The translations under genes and the position numbers were made by a program. A stretch of 62,939 bases of DNA, the filler included, from Globobulimina sp. (taxonomy: Eukaryota), in assembly GCA_003354225.1 (NCBI GenBank). It is 49 parts of 49 records of this genome, joined end to end, with 100 filler letters (N's around TTAATTAATTAA, not from the genome) between each part and the next. Parts side by side here need not be neighbours in the genome. Positions count along the whole stretch, not along the records: positions 11,587 to 12,773 come from PIVH01021385.1; positions 12,874 to 14,060 come from PIVH01021386.1; positions 14,161 to 15,347 come from PIVH01021387.1; positions 15,448 to 16,634 come from PIVH01021388.1; positions 16,735 to 17,921 come from PIVH01021389.1; positions 18,022 to 19,208 come from PIVH01021390.1; positions 19,309 to 20,495 come from PIVH01021391.1; positions 20,596 to 21,782 come from PIVH01021392.1; 41 more parts are not named here. The stretch is one strand, 5' to 3'. Positions within the stretch are counted from its first letter, which is position 1, and each line of letters begins with the position of its first letter. Positions 11,587 through 24,491 of the stretch are shown here, in pieces. Below the pieces are notes generated by a model that saw nothing but the letters and a program-made list of their open reading frames with translations, made no database searches and was not told where the DNA came from.

Positions 11587-12773
11587 ATCTTTACGCAACC
11601 GAGAACACTCATTTACGCATCAAACAGAATCCGACTATGCATTGGCTGACAAACTATATCCAGATTATGGCGGTGAACAGACAATATTTGTCGCCATCGC
11701 ATCATATCGCGATCCAGAATGTGTCCAAACAATTTTAAATCTATTTGAGACCGCCAAATATCCGGATCGATTACGAATAGGTATCTTCCAACAGCACAAC
11801 ATGACAGATATCGATTGCATGGACTTTTATCGCCACATTGACTGTAACATCAATATGAACATTAACGGCATCAACAAACAACGGGAAAGACACCCAATTT
11901 GCGGCAGGATGTGGCAGATTAAAATAGATCGCGAACACTTTACTGACGCCAAAGGACCAATGTATGGCAGGTACCGCACGGAGTTATTCTACGAGAATGA
12001 AGATTATTTGATGCAAATTGATGCACATTCCAGAATGGTGCCGTTTTGGGACAATATTTGCATCGATATGTTCAACCGGACAGGTAACGAAAAAGCAGTG
12101 TTTACCACTTATCCCAAAGCAGTCCAATTTGAAAATGATTGGAAGCCGCCAGTCCCGCTCAACACTCACAATGTGGTCGTCATTCCGCAGACAAAAATGT
12201 CGACTCAGAACCATATGTTTAAGGTAGTTTTTGCTCTCAGTTTGCAAATGCATATAATTCTGAAAAGATGCATATACTCAAACAGCACATAACTACCTTA
12301 AGCATGAGAGAGGAAACGATTCGCCCAACCCTGGAAAGTGCGTAATTGCACCATTTTTTGCGGCAGGTTTCTCGTTTCAGAGTGGAAAGAGAATAATTGA
12401 CATTCCATCGGATCCGTACTTGCCGTATTTGTTTGACGGCGAAGAGATTTCGATGGGAATCAGAATGTGGAGCAATGGCTATGATATGTATGTGCCGGAC
12501 AGGGACATTGTGTATCATATTTATAGTATGAAATTGCGGAAAGGAGAGAGTCGACATTTGTTTTGGGAGTTGTCGCCAAAGGAAAAGTTTCGACAGTATG
12601 CCGAGTATCGCATTTTATATCTGTTGAAGTTATTTGATAAATATGTAAAGCATTTAACTGTGTATAGCATCGATTTGAGGGAGATTGAAAAATATAACTT
12701 GGGCAACGAAAGAGATATCGATGATTTTTGGAAGTGGATTGGAATGGATTGGCATGCATTGCAGTCTCAGCAT
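11587..12773 (+). CDS. GT60-family polypeptide GlcNAc-transferase (Skp1-hydroxyproline GlcNAcT/Gnt-like), partial; intron probably 12224..12302
   Basis: TIFVAIASYRDPEC, DAKGPMYGR, MQIDAHSR, FFAAGFSF and DPYLPYLFDGEEISMGIRMWSNGYD. Confidence 0.9.
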
Positions 12774-12984
12774 NNNNNNNNNNNNNNNNNNNNNNNNNNN
12801 NNNNNNNNNNNNNNNNNTTAATTAATTAANNNNNNNNNNNNNNNNNNNNNNNNNNNNNNNNNNNNNNNNNNNNAAGTTCTTCGTTAGACATGTTTTTTTT
12901 TTTGGTTGGAATGCGAAGAAATGCAAGGCCAAGTACGAAGTTTTAATTCTAACTTTAAATTAATACACATTATTAATTCTAGTC

Positions 12985-14060
12985 ATGTGCGATGATAATA
13001 ATGAAATCAACAATTGCAATGACGATGAACCTGACAGCAGTGACAGCACAGCAACGCAAACAGATGACAATGACACAGATTCTGATGAGGCAATGTTTGA
13101 AGAAATGTTAAAGGAACTGGACGAACTGGACGAAGAGCAACAAAAATTGAATACACAATTAAACCTTTCCTCAGAATATATCGGCAATGGCTTCATTAAC
13201 CTAACTATCACTGAATGCAACGCACTCATTTCACAATTTGAATTAAAATATTGTTTTCACAATGATATCGCTGACAAATTAACATTTGAAACTTTAACCT
13301 TTTCGCCACGTAAATTCGACGGCAATACATTATTAATTCGAATCCCTCAACGTCTCACTGATTATTTCTTCACCTTCGAATTTCGTGGTTGTGTCCAACA
13401 ACAAACACAAGAGCCGGCATCAACCCCTTGTTCCCAATGGACACTCTTTTCAGCACCAACTTCCATTTTGGTACCATTTGATGCGCCTCAATATCAGTTT
13501 AAATGTGGTGAAATTGTGCATTTCCAGCAACCTGACAATCGTTAAGTGCTTCACTTTTTTTTTATTATCATATATATACACACACTGCATTTAGCATTTT
13601 GGTCTTTAGGTAAAATTATAAAAATATCGGATGATGTTGCACATATTTTGTATAAAGTACGGGATAAAGAGGATGAGCTGTTTAAAATCGCAGTGAATAG
13701 TCTCAAATTCAAACAAAGATATCGCAATAAGTTGATTGATTTGACGGATTGGATGGATTTATCAAAACAATTGTTGTTGAATGTAAAAGATGAAAACGTT
13801 GAGCGAGTTTATGTTTTGTTGTATAATATTTTAGAATCAAATATGTTTAAATGGATCTTAGATTCGAACAGTGACAACGAAGAAGAACGTATGAGCTGTA
13901 TTGATTTAGTATATTTGGGTGATATTGAACAAGATATGAAGTGTTGCTGCAGGTTTATTGCATTGAATGTGGTTACATTTTTGGGGGAAAGTGGAAGTAA
14001 GATGGCCCGGGCTGAGAGTGATTATGATATCATTGACAATAATCTATCGATTTCATGCGG
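12985..14060 (+). CDS. Hypothetical protein, partial; intron 13541..13594
   Basis: A 54-nt GT-AG intron joins the two ORFs in frame (PDN-P-FWSLGKII). Confidence 0.6.
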
Positions 14061-14370
14061 NNNNNNNNNNNNNNNNNNNNNNNNNNNNNNNNNNNNNNNN
14101 NNNNTTAATTAATTAANNNNNNNNNNNNNNNNNNNNNNNNNNNNNNNNNNNNNNNNNNNNAAATATATTGCAATGTTTTCGTTGGTGTATGGTGCAATTG
14201 TTTGTGTTGCTGGGATAGTGACTGTATTTATGTGACGTTAGTTAATTAATTGAATTCCATCCTCAACTGACCACTTTACAGAATCTGATCCTTTACACAA
14301 TCTACACTGTCATCTGATACTACAGCTTCATATTGCCAGTAGAGTCCATTATTGCTTTGTAATCTTTACA

Positions 14371-15322
14371 ATGTCACATTTAAAAAAACAAATAGACAAA
14401 GAACGACAAAAATTAGTTTCAGAATGGAATCAGTTGTGCGCATTGAATAACGATAAAGATATTCTTAATTTTTTCAATTCTCACAAACAGGATATGAATA
14501 TGATAGATGCAGCAGATGGTTCACCATGGTTTACTGCAAAGTTGATCACAACTCACAACATTGAACTGGCTTGAACTGGCAAAGAACATTTTGCAACAAC
14601 TCAATCGAAACGATTTCACAAAAAACAAAGGTACACCGTTGTACACTGCATGCAGTTGTTGCACATTTGAAATGGTAAGAATGGTTACTTTAAATTGGTC
14701 TGAATTTCCTGAAGATTGCTCAAATGTATGGGCATTAATGGGGAGAAGTTATCCAAAAATGTCAGAAAATGAGGTTTATTTATGTACTGAATATTTATTA
14801 GATTTGGGTGGTACTATTTTAGCAGGCAACATTATGAACGCTTTAACAAAGAAAAACAATGCTGTCAAATTGGTAGAATTAGTCAAAACTAAGAGACCTG
14901 ACTTTATTAAAACGTATCAGGATCATCTCACTCAGTATCGGTATACGTATGTAAAGACTGTTTTATGTCATCACAATTTTGCATATGCAGAGTATATAAT
15001 TCATGATGGTGCGTGTCCTGATGGCTTAAATGCATCGTTATTTTATCCTTGGAGCTATCAAAACTATCCAAGTGCTGAAGTGATTAAATGGTTATTGGCA
15101 CGAAATGTTGATATAAACGGTTTCATGAAAGGTTCTTCAAAAAAAACGGCATTATTTCAGAGTTGTGTAAATAAAAAGTATGATTTAATGGAATTATTAT
15201 TGGATTATGGCGCTGATATCAATAAAAAATGCCGGTATGAAAAGGGGGAAATGAGCACATTGCAATATTGCGAGGAGAATTTGAATAAAACATATTATAC
15301 GAGATATTGTAATTTATTATAA
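14371..15322 (+). pseudogene. Ankyrin-repeat protein disrupted by a 10-nt tandem duplication at 14561..14580
   Basis: TTGAACTGGC x2; removing one copy fuses the ORFs as HNIELAKNIL; ankyrin motif KTALFQSC..KYDLMELLLDYGADIN. Confidence 0.75.
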
Positions 15323-15447
15323 TCATCAAGGTATTGAAAATAACTTCNNNNNNNNNNNNNNNNNNNNNNNNNNNNNNNNNNNNNNNNNNNNTTAATTAAT
15401 TAANNNNNNNNNNNNNNNNNNNNNNNNNNNNNNNNNNNNNNNNNNNN

Positions 15448-16307
15448 AATATTTCATGTTTATTATTGAGCAATGATCTGGCCCTGACTTTACAATTATT
15501 TTGTCCATCATCACTGAACGTCTCTACTAAATATGGACGTCTATAAGAAAAATTACTATGCTCCTGCAGTTCTCGGACTGTCCAGTCTGCTCTGTATACA
15601 CTTCCTCCTTTGTTCGACCAGAAATCCATGTCATGATATTGATTAGGCTTGCGGTCATTTAATGCTTCAGCAAGCACAGCCAAATTCGGTCGCCCCATAT
15701 GTATACCTGCCCGTTCAAAACATTTACGTTTCCTGCGATATCGTGATAGTATCATTTCTGCCTGGGAATCTATATCCAGAGGAGGTTGCAGACCTTCCAC
15801 CCCCCCCATAAATGCCTCAATATCATTATCATTGCCGCTAATACCGATACGCCTGGCGATCCTCCCGTAGTGCATCTTAATTTCATTTACCGGTAGAGAA
15901 CATTTTTCCAGCTCATTATCGAGGTATGGATGACAGACAGCACCCCACGCTCCACTTAAACCTCCCATTGCGAGGCTTTCGGCTGCATCAAATGTCGAGG
16001 TATTTACAGGAGTAAGTGTTTCAACATCACGCATAACAAACTTCCGTGGAGGTGTAACCTGAGGTCCCGTTCCAATATTCCCTAATGTAACTCCTTCATA
16101 ATTGTCGCCCAAAAAATAACGGTGCTGATCAATATCTGACTTTCTGATCAGCGAGAAAGACGCATCGGGGATGATCTTTCCGTATGCCGAATCTTCATTA
16201 CCAACATCCAGCATCGTCACAGAGAGGCCAGCTTTAACAATAGGGTATGCCGCATGAACGGCGCTTACACCAGATCCAACAATAATGATATCGCTATAAT
16301 TGCCCAT
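15448..16307 (-). CDS. Bacterial FAD-dependent GMC-like oxidoreductase, 3' truncated
   Basis: IIIVGSGVSAVHAA Rossmann motif and SLAMGGLSGAWGA; intronless. Confidence 0.88.
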
Positions 16308-16309
16308 AT

Positions 16310-16634
16310 CTATCCACGTCTGACTAAAATATACATTGGTATTCCTAATGAAAGTTTGAATACTGTACGCATTCCGTTCCATATAAAATTAATAATGAAA
16401 TTCAAAAGAGTATCCGATCTATACAAAAAATAATCTGCATAGACAGGTGAAGTCTCAAGAATAGCTGCCATCAATAAAACTTTTTTACGCACAATTGAAC
16501 CGGGAGATAAAACACCTGTTGCGGCATCAATAAACGGCAAAGCCCAGGGTCGACGATGTACAAAACCTAGCTCATGAGAAGTATTTTTCCTTGCCTCGCT
16601 ATCTAATAAAATTCTGTTAGCCTCTATATATCGA
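16310..16634 (-). CDS. Bacterial hypothetical protein, 5' truncated, closely coupled to the oxidoreductase
   Basis: Open frame (...RPWALPFIDAATGVLSPGSIVRKKVLLMAAILETSP...) stops 2 nt before the next ATG. Confidence 0.7.
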
Positions 16635-16734
16635 NNNNNNNNNNNNNNNNNNNNNNNNNNNNNNNNNNNNNNNNNNNNTTAATTAATTAANNNNNNNNNN
16701 NNNNNNNNNNNNNNNNNNNNNNNNNNNNNNNNNN

Positions 16735-17049
16735 ATTGAGTTATATAATTTTGATAAGAATATATGGACGATACACAAAGCAAAAACGAATTATAAGCAT
16801 TCGTTTCCGACCATGTGGAGTGACCAAATTAATCCGAATATTGTGTATATTGGCGGTGATAATATTGGCATTTCGGGAGGGGGAAGGAATGCGAATTTGG
16901 GCTTTATTGAATGGTGTGATTTGAGGGATTGTAATAAGAAACAGTTTAATGTGTTGTATGAGGATTCGATTGATAGGTTATGGAGATTTAGATTGTTGTC
17001 ACGACACCAGCATAATGCATGGGAATCGCGAGCATTGTTTTGTATGTAA
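16735..17049 (+). CDS. Kelch-like beta-propeller C-terminal fragment
   Basis: IELYNFDKNIW...IVYIGG...FIEWCDLRD. Confidence 0.55.
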   Translation: MELYNFDKNIWTIHKAKTNYKHSFPTMWSDQINPNIVYIGGDNIGISGGGRNANLGFIEWCDLRDCNKKQFNVLYEDSIDRLWRFRLLSRHQHNAWESRALFCM

Positions 17050-17329
17050 TGTAGATCTGGATAGTTATATAAAAAATGTTTGTTTTATTTTTATTCATTT
17101 TGTGCTGTTTGTTTTGAACTGTAATATCATTTTTGTACAATGCATTGATTTTTGATGAGTGAATAGTTGATTTTGTGTTTATATTATATTCAAGAACATT
17201 TTGAAAGTTTGAAGATCCTCAATTGAAAACACTTTCGTCTGATACTACATACAAAAAAACACAACTGCTGAAACATACACATTTACAAATTAAATTTTGA
17301 ATATATGTCCGAATGATAAAATATCAATT

Positions 17330-17921
17330 TCATTTAGTTTTTTTCCACCATTTTTTTTTCTTTACCTTTTGGTTGGAATTATTATTACTATTATCATCGA
17401 GAAGAATTTGTGTTTGTGATTGAGAAACTAGTCTCGAATTAAATATTTTCGATTGCTTTGGAGCTTTATCCTTTGTCTCAAAATATGTATTTCTTATTGG
17501 CTCTATATTGTCTTTACAATTTTCATTTTTTAGATTATTATAAATAGCAATTCTTCCCTGACCGCCATCGCCGTGGCATTCATGCCCTTTGCCACCAATT
17601 GCTTGTATACTTCCGCTGTTATTCAATTTATGACAAATTATTTTTATCGATCCGCCTGCTCCGCCACTAAATTTACCACCGCCCGTTTGTCCTCTTCGTC
17701 CATTACATTTAATCACGCCTTTATTGGTTAACTTATTATCAATGATTAGCTCAATAATACCACCGCCGCGATCCGATGACACATCTGATAATTTGCCGCC
17801 TTTTCCACCTGAACTACCAAAATATAACGTTTCTAATTCTTTTTTCCCATAAACACCACCACCCGAACACATTAATTTATTTTTATCATTGAAACAGTCA
17901 CCACCGGCACTCCCATCCATA
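17330..17921 (-). CDS. Glycine-rich repeat protein C-terminus (GGGIIEL / GGAGGSIKI / GGQGRIAI)
   Basis: Repeating GSGG-x-GGGII-x-N-x-G-x-I-x-NG units. Confidence 0.7.
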
Positions 17922-18176
17922 NNNNNNNNNNNNNNNNNNNNNNNNNNNNNNNNNNNNNNNNNNNNTTAATTAATTAANNNNNNNNNNNNNNNNNNNNNNN
18001 NNNNNNNNNNNNNNNNNNNNNATAGAATATTTGGTTAGTCTATAAATGCCCTAGTAGATAATTTAGAGTATTATTAGTGTATTTTGGTTTACTTTAGAAT
18101 ACAGTGCTTTTTAATTTTTATTATTTTGGTAGGTAATTACTATATTTTGTTTATTTTAGAGTACAGATACTATCAA

Positions 18177-19208
18177 ATGGCAGAACAGAGACCGACTACA
18201 AGTGGTATAAACATGGATCGCGATGGCCAACAATGTTCAAGGCAAGATGTCACTGCTAATGTTAAAAACCAGAATGGCAGACAACAAATATTGTCAATTC
18301 CAACAATGAGAAGTAATAGAGGTACAATAGCAAATGGTAAAGTACAATTGAGTAGTAGTTCTATATATTTTGTAAATAATCATGTGTTATTCAGTGACCC
18401 GAAGGCAAAAATGGCACCAAATATATGCAATGGAAACGGCGCGGGCGCTGAAGAAACGACGCCCGGCTGTAGTAAAAATAGTGGACAAAATGGAGGCCCA
18501 GGCAGTCGCCCAAGTCAAAATGGGGTTTGTGATGTGTTCAAGCAATCAAGAAATATTCCAACTGTTCAAAAAGGTATGTACTATAATGTTAGAAATACTG
18601 AAAGTTTATATAACATGCCTAGGTATACATGTACTGTAGCTATAACATCAGATATATTGAATTTGTCAAATACATCTATTGACAGGGTAGATACAGTAAC
18701 ACATGACCAGGGCAAAATTGTTATGTTACCAGTATGTACATCATTTGTAGATCATGCTACAGTAATATCAGAACAAACAACATGGGAGAAAGCTGTTATT
18801 ACTGTTAATAATACACAATCTTTTATAGATACATTACAACAACAATTGGGAGCAGCTCAGAAAGTAAAATTGGAAGCAGAGGCTGTGTTGAAACATCAAA
18901 TTGAAATACAAATTATACCATTTTTAGATTGCACAATACCAAATGACCAACTAAGTGATTTTGAGAATGGTAATGAGACACAAAATCGATCAAGTACAGC
19001 AGGTAACACTAGTAAAACCATAAGTAAATCGATTATTGGTTCTGCTAGTGGGGATTTGTTTAATAATTGTAATGCTGTAAATAATACATTTCAGAATATT
19101 GTTTCTTGTCAACTTTATGAAGCCTCAACATTCCTAGGCAATGACCCCCGACCAGCTGAAGCCCATGGCTGTGTCTCTTTTTGTGATTTGTGGTCTTGGA
19201 TGGAACCA
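18177..19208 (+). CDS. Intronless ORF, possibly the N-terminus of an LTR-retrotransposon Gag-like protein
   Basis: Disordered N-terminus, coiled coil, then STFLGNDPRP..CVSFCDLWSW resembling the F-x-G...W start of PNMA/Ty3 capsids; weak. Confidence 0.3.
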
Positions 19209-20035
19209 NNNNNNNNNNNNNNNNNNNNNNNNNNNNNNNNNNNNNNNNNNNNTTAATTAATTAANNNNNNNNNNNNNNNNNNNNNNNNNNNNNNNNNNNN
19301 NNNNNNNNTGTAATATTTAAATAGAATAAGAAACCATCTAAAAAAAACAAAATCTATTTTATTAATCAAAAATATCATCATTATCTATCATTCTTGAGTT
19401 TGTCAAATCACCAGCTCTTTGTTGCGATGGTTTTTAAATCAAACATTAACGACCGGTGGCAACAAAGAAAAGGATCAACATCAAAGATATTGGAAACCGA
19501 TCGTTCGTTCAATAATTTTTACAATTTTAAATGCAAAAAAAAATTTGAAAAAAAGAAACGGGAAAAAAGGAACTTTATTTGTTGTGTTTGATAAGAAAAC
19601 AAAAAATTTCATTCGTGCAATACATTCACAAATCAAAGCAAATAAAAAAACACAAATTAAAATCATTAAAATGGATTATAATTTTTCTATTCATTTTGAA
19701 AAATACGCCCAGGAAATAAAATTGTTTCAAAAAATAAACAGTGGATTGGAGGCTATGTCAATGGATAAAATTGAATGGTTAAACGACAATATTCGTCATC
19801 AATTGAATAAAATGAAAAACAAAAAACAGAGCAAGGTTGATGAAGCTTTGGATTTTATCAAAAATGCAAAAACAAATAATTCCGTCAAACAAAATGTTAA
19901 AAACAATAATAACAAAAACAAAAACAATAAAAATGATGAACAGAAATATGATGATGACGTTGAGTCTGATGAGTTTTCTTGTTGATTCTGTTGAATTGTA
20001 GAATGAAAACCCTTAATTTTCGTTTTCATTAAAAC

Positions 20036-20495
20036 ATGGCTTATCATTGGGCAGCTCCTGATCTTTTTGCTCCTGATTTTACGTCAATACTGCTGTCTGA
20101 CGAGGAACCCATTTCCAAAGTGGTGGACATTCTATTGTCTACAAAGCGAAAATCATATCTGCCACAAGAAATTGATATTTTGGTGAAGAAGATTTCACGT
20201 TTGGCGAAGGGAGAGGTTGTTGGCTGTTTACGAGCATTATCTGACGATGAATGGAAGCAATTTAATGAAGACTTTGATGCTGACGGTCCTCCATTGATTT
20301 TCAGGATATATTTGAAACATTTAATCCTTCAATCTTATAATTGCAGTTTGACAAAGCAACAAATATTAGAATGTGATTCAATTCTGGTTTAAAATATAAA
20401 TGGTGCTCTGTTCAACATCAAATAACTCAACTTTTGAATTTAGGTTTTACTCGAAACGAATCATTGGAGGCTATATTGGTAACTCAGTATCAATC
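20036..20495 (+). CDS. Hypothetical protein with a UBA-like domain, 1-nt frameshift near 20377, partial
   Basis: Adding one base gives ...QILECDFNSGLKYKW..ITQLLNLGFTRNESLEAILVT (UBA-like). Confidence 0.55.
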
Positions 20496-20711
20496 NNNNN
20501 NNNNNNNNNNNNNNNNNNNNNNNNNNNNNNNNNNNNNNNTTAATTAATTAANNNNNNNNNNNNNNNNNNNNNNNNNNNNNNNNNNNNNNNNNNNNCATTT
20601 TTCGAAATAATATAGCATATTCTGTAGGAGCACTATATGCCACTAGAATTGATACTCTTTACATAGACGATAACATTTTTGACAAAAATATTGCTACTTA
20701 TCCTGGTGTTC

Positions 20712-21490
20712 AATGGTGGCCATTTGCACGCGACATGTCATTTTATTTGATTTGCCTGGGTGTACTATGTATGTTTTATACATATCGACCACTGAATATC
20801 TACAAAAATGCATAATAACAGGCCTATTTTTTGGCGGCATAAGCAAGAATCAAATGTATTGGTGGGAATCGTTGGTATTGTTAAGTATGTATTTCATGTA
20901 TGTCTTCTTAATGATACGCAACGAAAGCATTAAAAAATGGTTTTTCAACACATTTGTATATGGCGAGGATGAAGAAAAATTGTTGGCGCAACAGGAGCAA
21001 CAAAAAACTGCATACGGTACAGAAATATCAATGCAGTCAAAACAAAATCAAACTACTCCGTGGTCAAAAGCGTATGATCCATATAATGGAGGAGGAGCTA
21101 ATGGGATACACCCTGTTTCTGAGGTGTTTGAAGTGCGTCAAATAAAAGTAATTCCAAACGGTCGTGTCTCAAATGGTGGTACGACCGATCACAGTTTAAA
21201 CAGCATAGCGATGGACGATTCAGATGAAGATATAGATGGTAAGCATGACACTGCTGGTGAGACAATGGAAGACAGTGAAGGAATATCTTTACAGTTTCCA
21301 GATACATTACTTGCGCGGATATGGTATATAGCAAAAATGCCATTGACCTATCCGATATATTTCACATTAATGGATGTGTCGCGAGAGGAGAATGAGGATT
21401 GGTGGCCATGGACTTTTGTGGGTTCGCTGCTGTGGTTGGGCGGTTTGTCATATTTAATGGTTTGGTGGGCTGTGGTGGTTGGATATGCGT
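20712..21490 (+). CDS. K+-dependent Na+/Ca2+ exchanger (NCKX/SLC24-like) internal fragment; intron 20769..20821
   Basis: WWPFARDMSFYLI, spliced VLCLFFGG..MYWWESLVLL, and WTFVGSLLWLGGLSYLMVWWA. Confidence 0.88.
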
Positions 21491-21562
21491 GGTCTGCTCC
21501 GTTTTGTTCTGCCTGGGTTGAGGGGTGAGATGAGTTAGAACGTCTGTTCTGCATTTGCATAC

Positions 21563-21757
21563 CTTCTTGGTGTGGGTCTTCAGCTGCTGAGCCAATGAGT
21601 TGAGTTCCTGGTCCAGCTGTTTGAAGGAGATGCCAGACGCCTGCTGCATCCTGCTAGGGTCTGGCAGCTTAAACACAGCATCCTTCTTACCAGCATCTTC
21701 CTCATGATCCCTACAGTGGCACCGTACTACATACTGTAGCAACGTGCATCTGCTGTC
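21563..21757 (-). CDS. Formin FH2 exon resembling the animal FMN/cappuccino subfamily
   Basis: 195-nt AG..GT-bounded exon DSRCTLLQYVVR..EEDAGKKDAVFKLPDPSRMQQASGISFKQLDQEL. Confidence 0.75.
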
Positions 21758-22126
21758 CTGCAACAATAGGGTGTAAGCCAATNNNNNNNNNNNNNNNNNN
21801 NNNNNNNNNNNNNNNNNNNNNNNNNNTTAATTAATTAANNNNNNNNNNNNNNNNNNNNNNNNNNNNNNNNNNNNNNNNNNNNGGCATTTAAAGATGACAG
21901 CGATACGGAAGAGATAGCCACACATAAACCAAACACACCAGAAACATCCGAAGAGATTCGAATATTAATTGTTGAGCTATTAAGATGACGCATTGAAGTT
22001 TTCTTTAAGTGAGCTAGCATGCCATGCAGGCGTTTGAAGCTCAGATATTAGAGCATAGGTTTGAGATATTTACACTTTTATCATCAGCATATCCTACCTA
22101 CGATCCAGAATTGATCCCATTCGTTT

Positions 22127-23028
22127 TTGAAACACATCAAAATTAATTCATTACAACACATAATAAATGAGAATTCATCAAATGTATGTATTGAATATGA
22201 GAAATCATCATCATTCATTCAAAATAATTTAATTCCAATGATTATAGATTATGAAACAGATAAAGAAAATATGAAATTAGAAATCCAAAATGTGATGCAG
22301 AAAAATCGATATTTCATAAACTTGGATTTTTAAACTGTTTATCAAAACATAAAAAAAGTAATATCCCAAACATAAATTATACCCCATATATTTTACAAGG
22401 ATTCAATATTTGTAATCCATCACTTTTATCAAATAAACAATGTGTTCCATTCCAATTATATTCAGCCAATAAAATAGATGCCGACATTGCAGCTAATTGC
22501 TGCTTAAAATATATAATCGCTGTAACATATTGCATTGCTGCTATAAGTCATCAAATTGCCTTCATTCTAATCACGCAAATACCGGTCATATATTGCATTG
22601 CCACAAATAGTGATTATATATTTTCGCAGTTTAATCGGCAGGGAAACACACTAAAAACATACCTGTTTTATATATCTCACTGCATGTTATATTTTGTCTG
22701 GTTATGCTGCGTACTTTTCTTTTCACCATTTTTTTTGGGCTTTGGTACGATGTGCGGTATTAAATACGAGTATGATCCCAATGATCCATGGCATGCACTG
22801 CTCAAATATTGGACTTTGTTTATTGCGGCAAAAATGTGTTTTTGTACACCGATGATGATGGTATTTACGCCCAATTTTGATATTGAAACTAAACTGTTTT
22901 TTCTTATAACGACTTTGTTGTCAGGTATTAGTTTGATACCTTTATGGTTTGGAATTGATTCATGGATTACACACTTTCTTATTGTATTTACATTTGATGT
23001 TATTTCAACTAAAACAAATAACAGCTGA
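22127..23028 (+). CDS. Hypothetical multi-pass membrane protein with a 1-nt frameshift near 22330
   Basis: The frame of ORF 22684..23028 is open back to ~22330; one extra T in GATTTTTAAAC joins it to ORF 22127. Confidence 0.5.
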
Positions 23029-23499
23029 TTTGCCACAATTTATTGAAAGGAACTGTTTATTGAAATTCGNNNNNNNNNNNNNNNNNNNNNNNNNNNNNNN
23101 NNNNNNNNNNNNNTTAATTAATTAANNNNNNNNNNNNNNNNNNNNNNNNNNNNNNNNNNNNNNNNNNNNTATCCTAAATTTAACATTATTTTAATTACGA
23201 ATAATATAAACCAACAAATGAGATTTACATTAAATCTCACTTTCATATCCGCATTTTCTTGAAGTAAGCTAGTCATCCTATTATGAACAGTAAGTAGTGA
23301 AGCATTCAGTTTTTTGATAAATTAGTGGAGGAGAAAATAGCATAAATTACAATACAAAAAATAAATATTATGCAACCACTTAAAAATCTATATTTAATTG
23401 AGATCGATCTAAAACAATGTGACAAATTATATAAAATATATAGAAATATAGAAACAACATTAAAAAAAACAGATAGAAACACACACACAAACAAACGCA

Positions 23500-24356
23500 T
23501 CAATTATCTTCAACCATATCGTTTACAATATCTTCTAACAATGCATTTGCATTCACAACATCAACTGATAGGTTTTGATGAAATTCCTTTGTACTTTGTC
23601 TCGGTTGATGTCTCCTTCTATTTGATGCGAATTTATTTAGATTCATATTACTTTCTTCAAAATTTTCATTTTCTTCACACAATTCTTCATCATCAGAAAC
23701 AATCATATCTTCATCAATAATTAAATCTAATTTGCCATCATAGGGGAATTTCGGTATAGCGCTATCTTCATAATTATGAATAACAACAGATCCGGTCGAA
23801 ACTGGTGTATTTTCATCTTGACAATTAATACTTTGAAATTGTATCTGTCCATCCACACCATTATTATCTGCTATCTCTGGTGTTATTATCTGCATAAAAT
23901 TCGCTACATCATTATCATCAGCATGCTCACCATGGGACATTTTAGATAGTTTACTCTCTTTACTATCTTCAGTAACTACTGTTTCTTCATCATATGACGT
24001 ACTATCCGCTGATCCGGATCCCTCATCACTTCCACTCGGAGCATTTGAACCACTCTCATCATCATCTGTGCTATCCGTTGATCCCTCATCATCATTGTCA
24101 TCGTTTTTATTTTCAACAACCTGCACACGTATATTGTTATTATTATTTGCAGGAATATTGTGCTCAAATTTATTTGCTAAATTATGCACTGTATTTGCTT
24201 TAATTGCATTGATTCCATCACTTTGTTGTTTGGGGTGATGTTGAAATTTCATTCGTTGCTGCATCATATTTTGCTGCCACCGGTTCATTGCGTTATTTTT
24301 CCATGAAGCTGACTGTGGTACGGGCTCATAAACGCTGTTGTTAAATGATCCATTAT
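23500..24356 (-). CDS. Low-complexity acidic hypothetical protein C-terminus
   Basis: 262-aa open frame rich in D/S/N/Q. Confidence 0.55.
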
Positions 24357-24491
24357 NNNNNNNNNNNNNNNNNNNNNNNNNNNNNNNNNNNNNNNNNNNN
24401 TTAATTAATTAANNNNNNNNNNNNNNNNNNNNNNNNNNNNNNNNNNNNNNNNNNNNAGATAGGAGTTCAAAGATTTTGATCACATTGTCAT

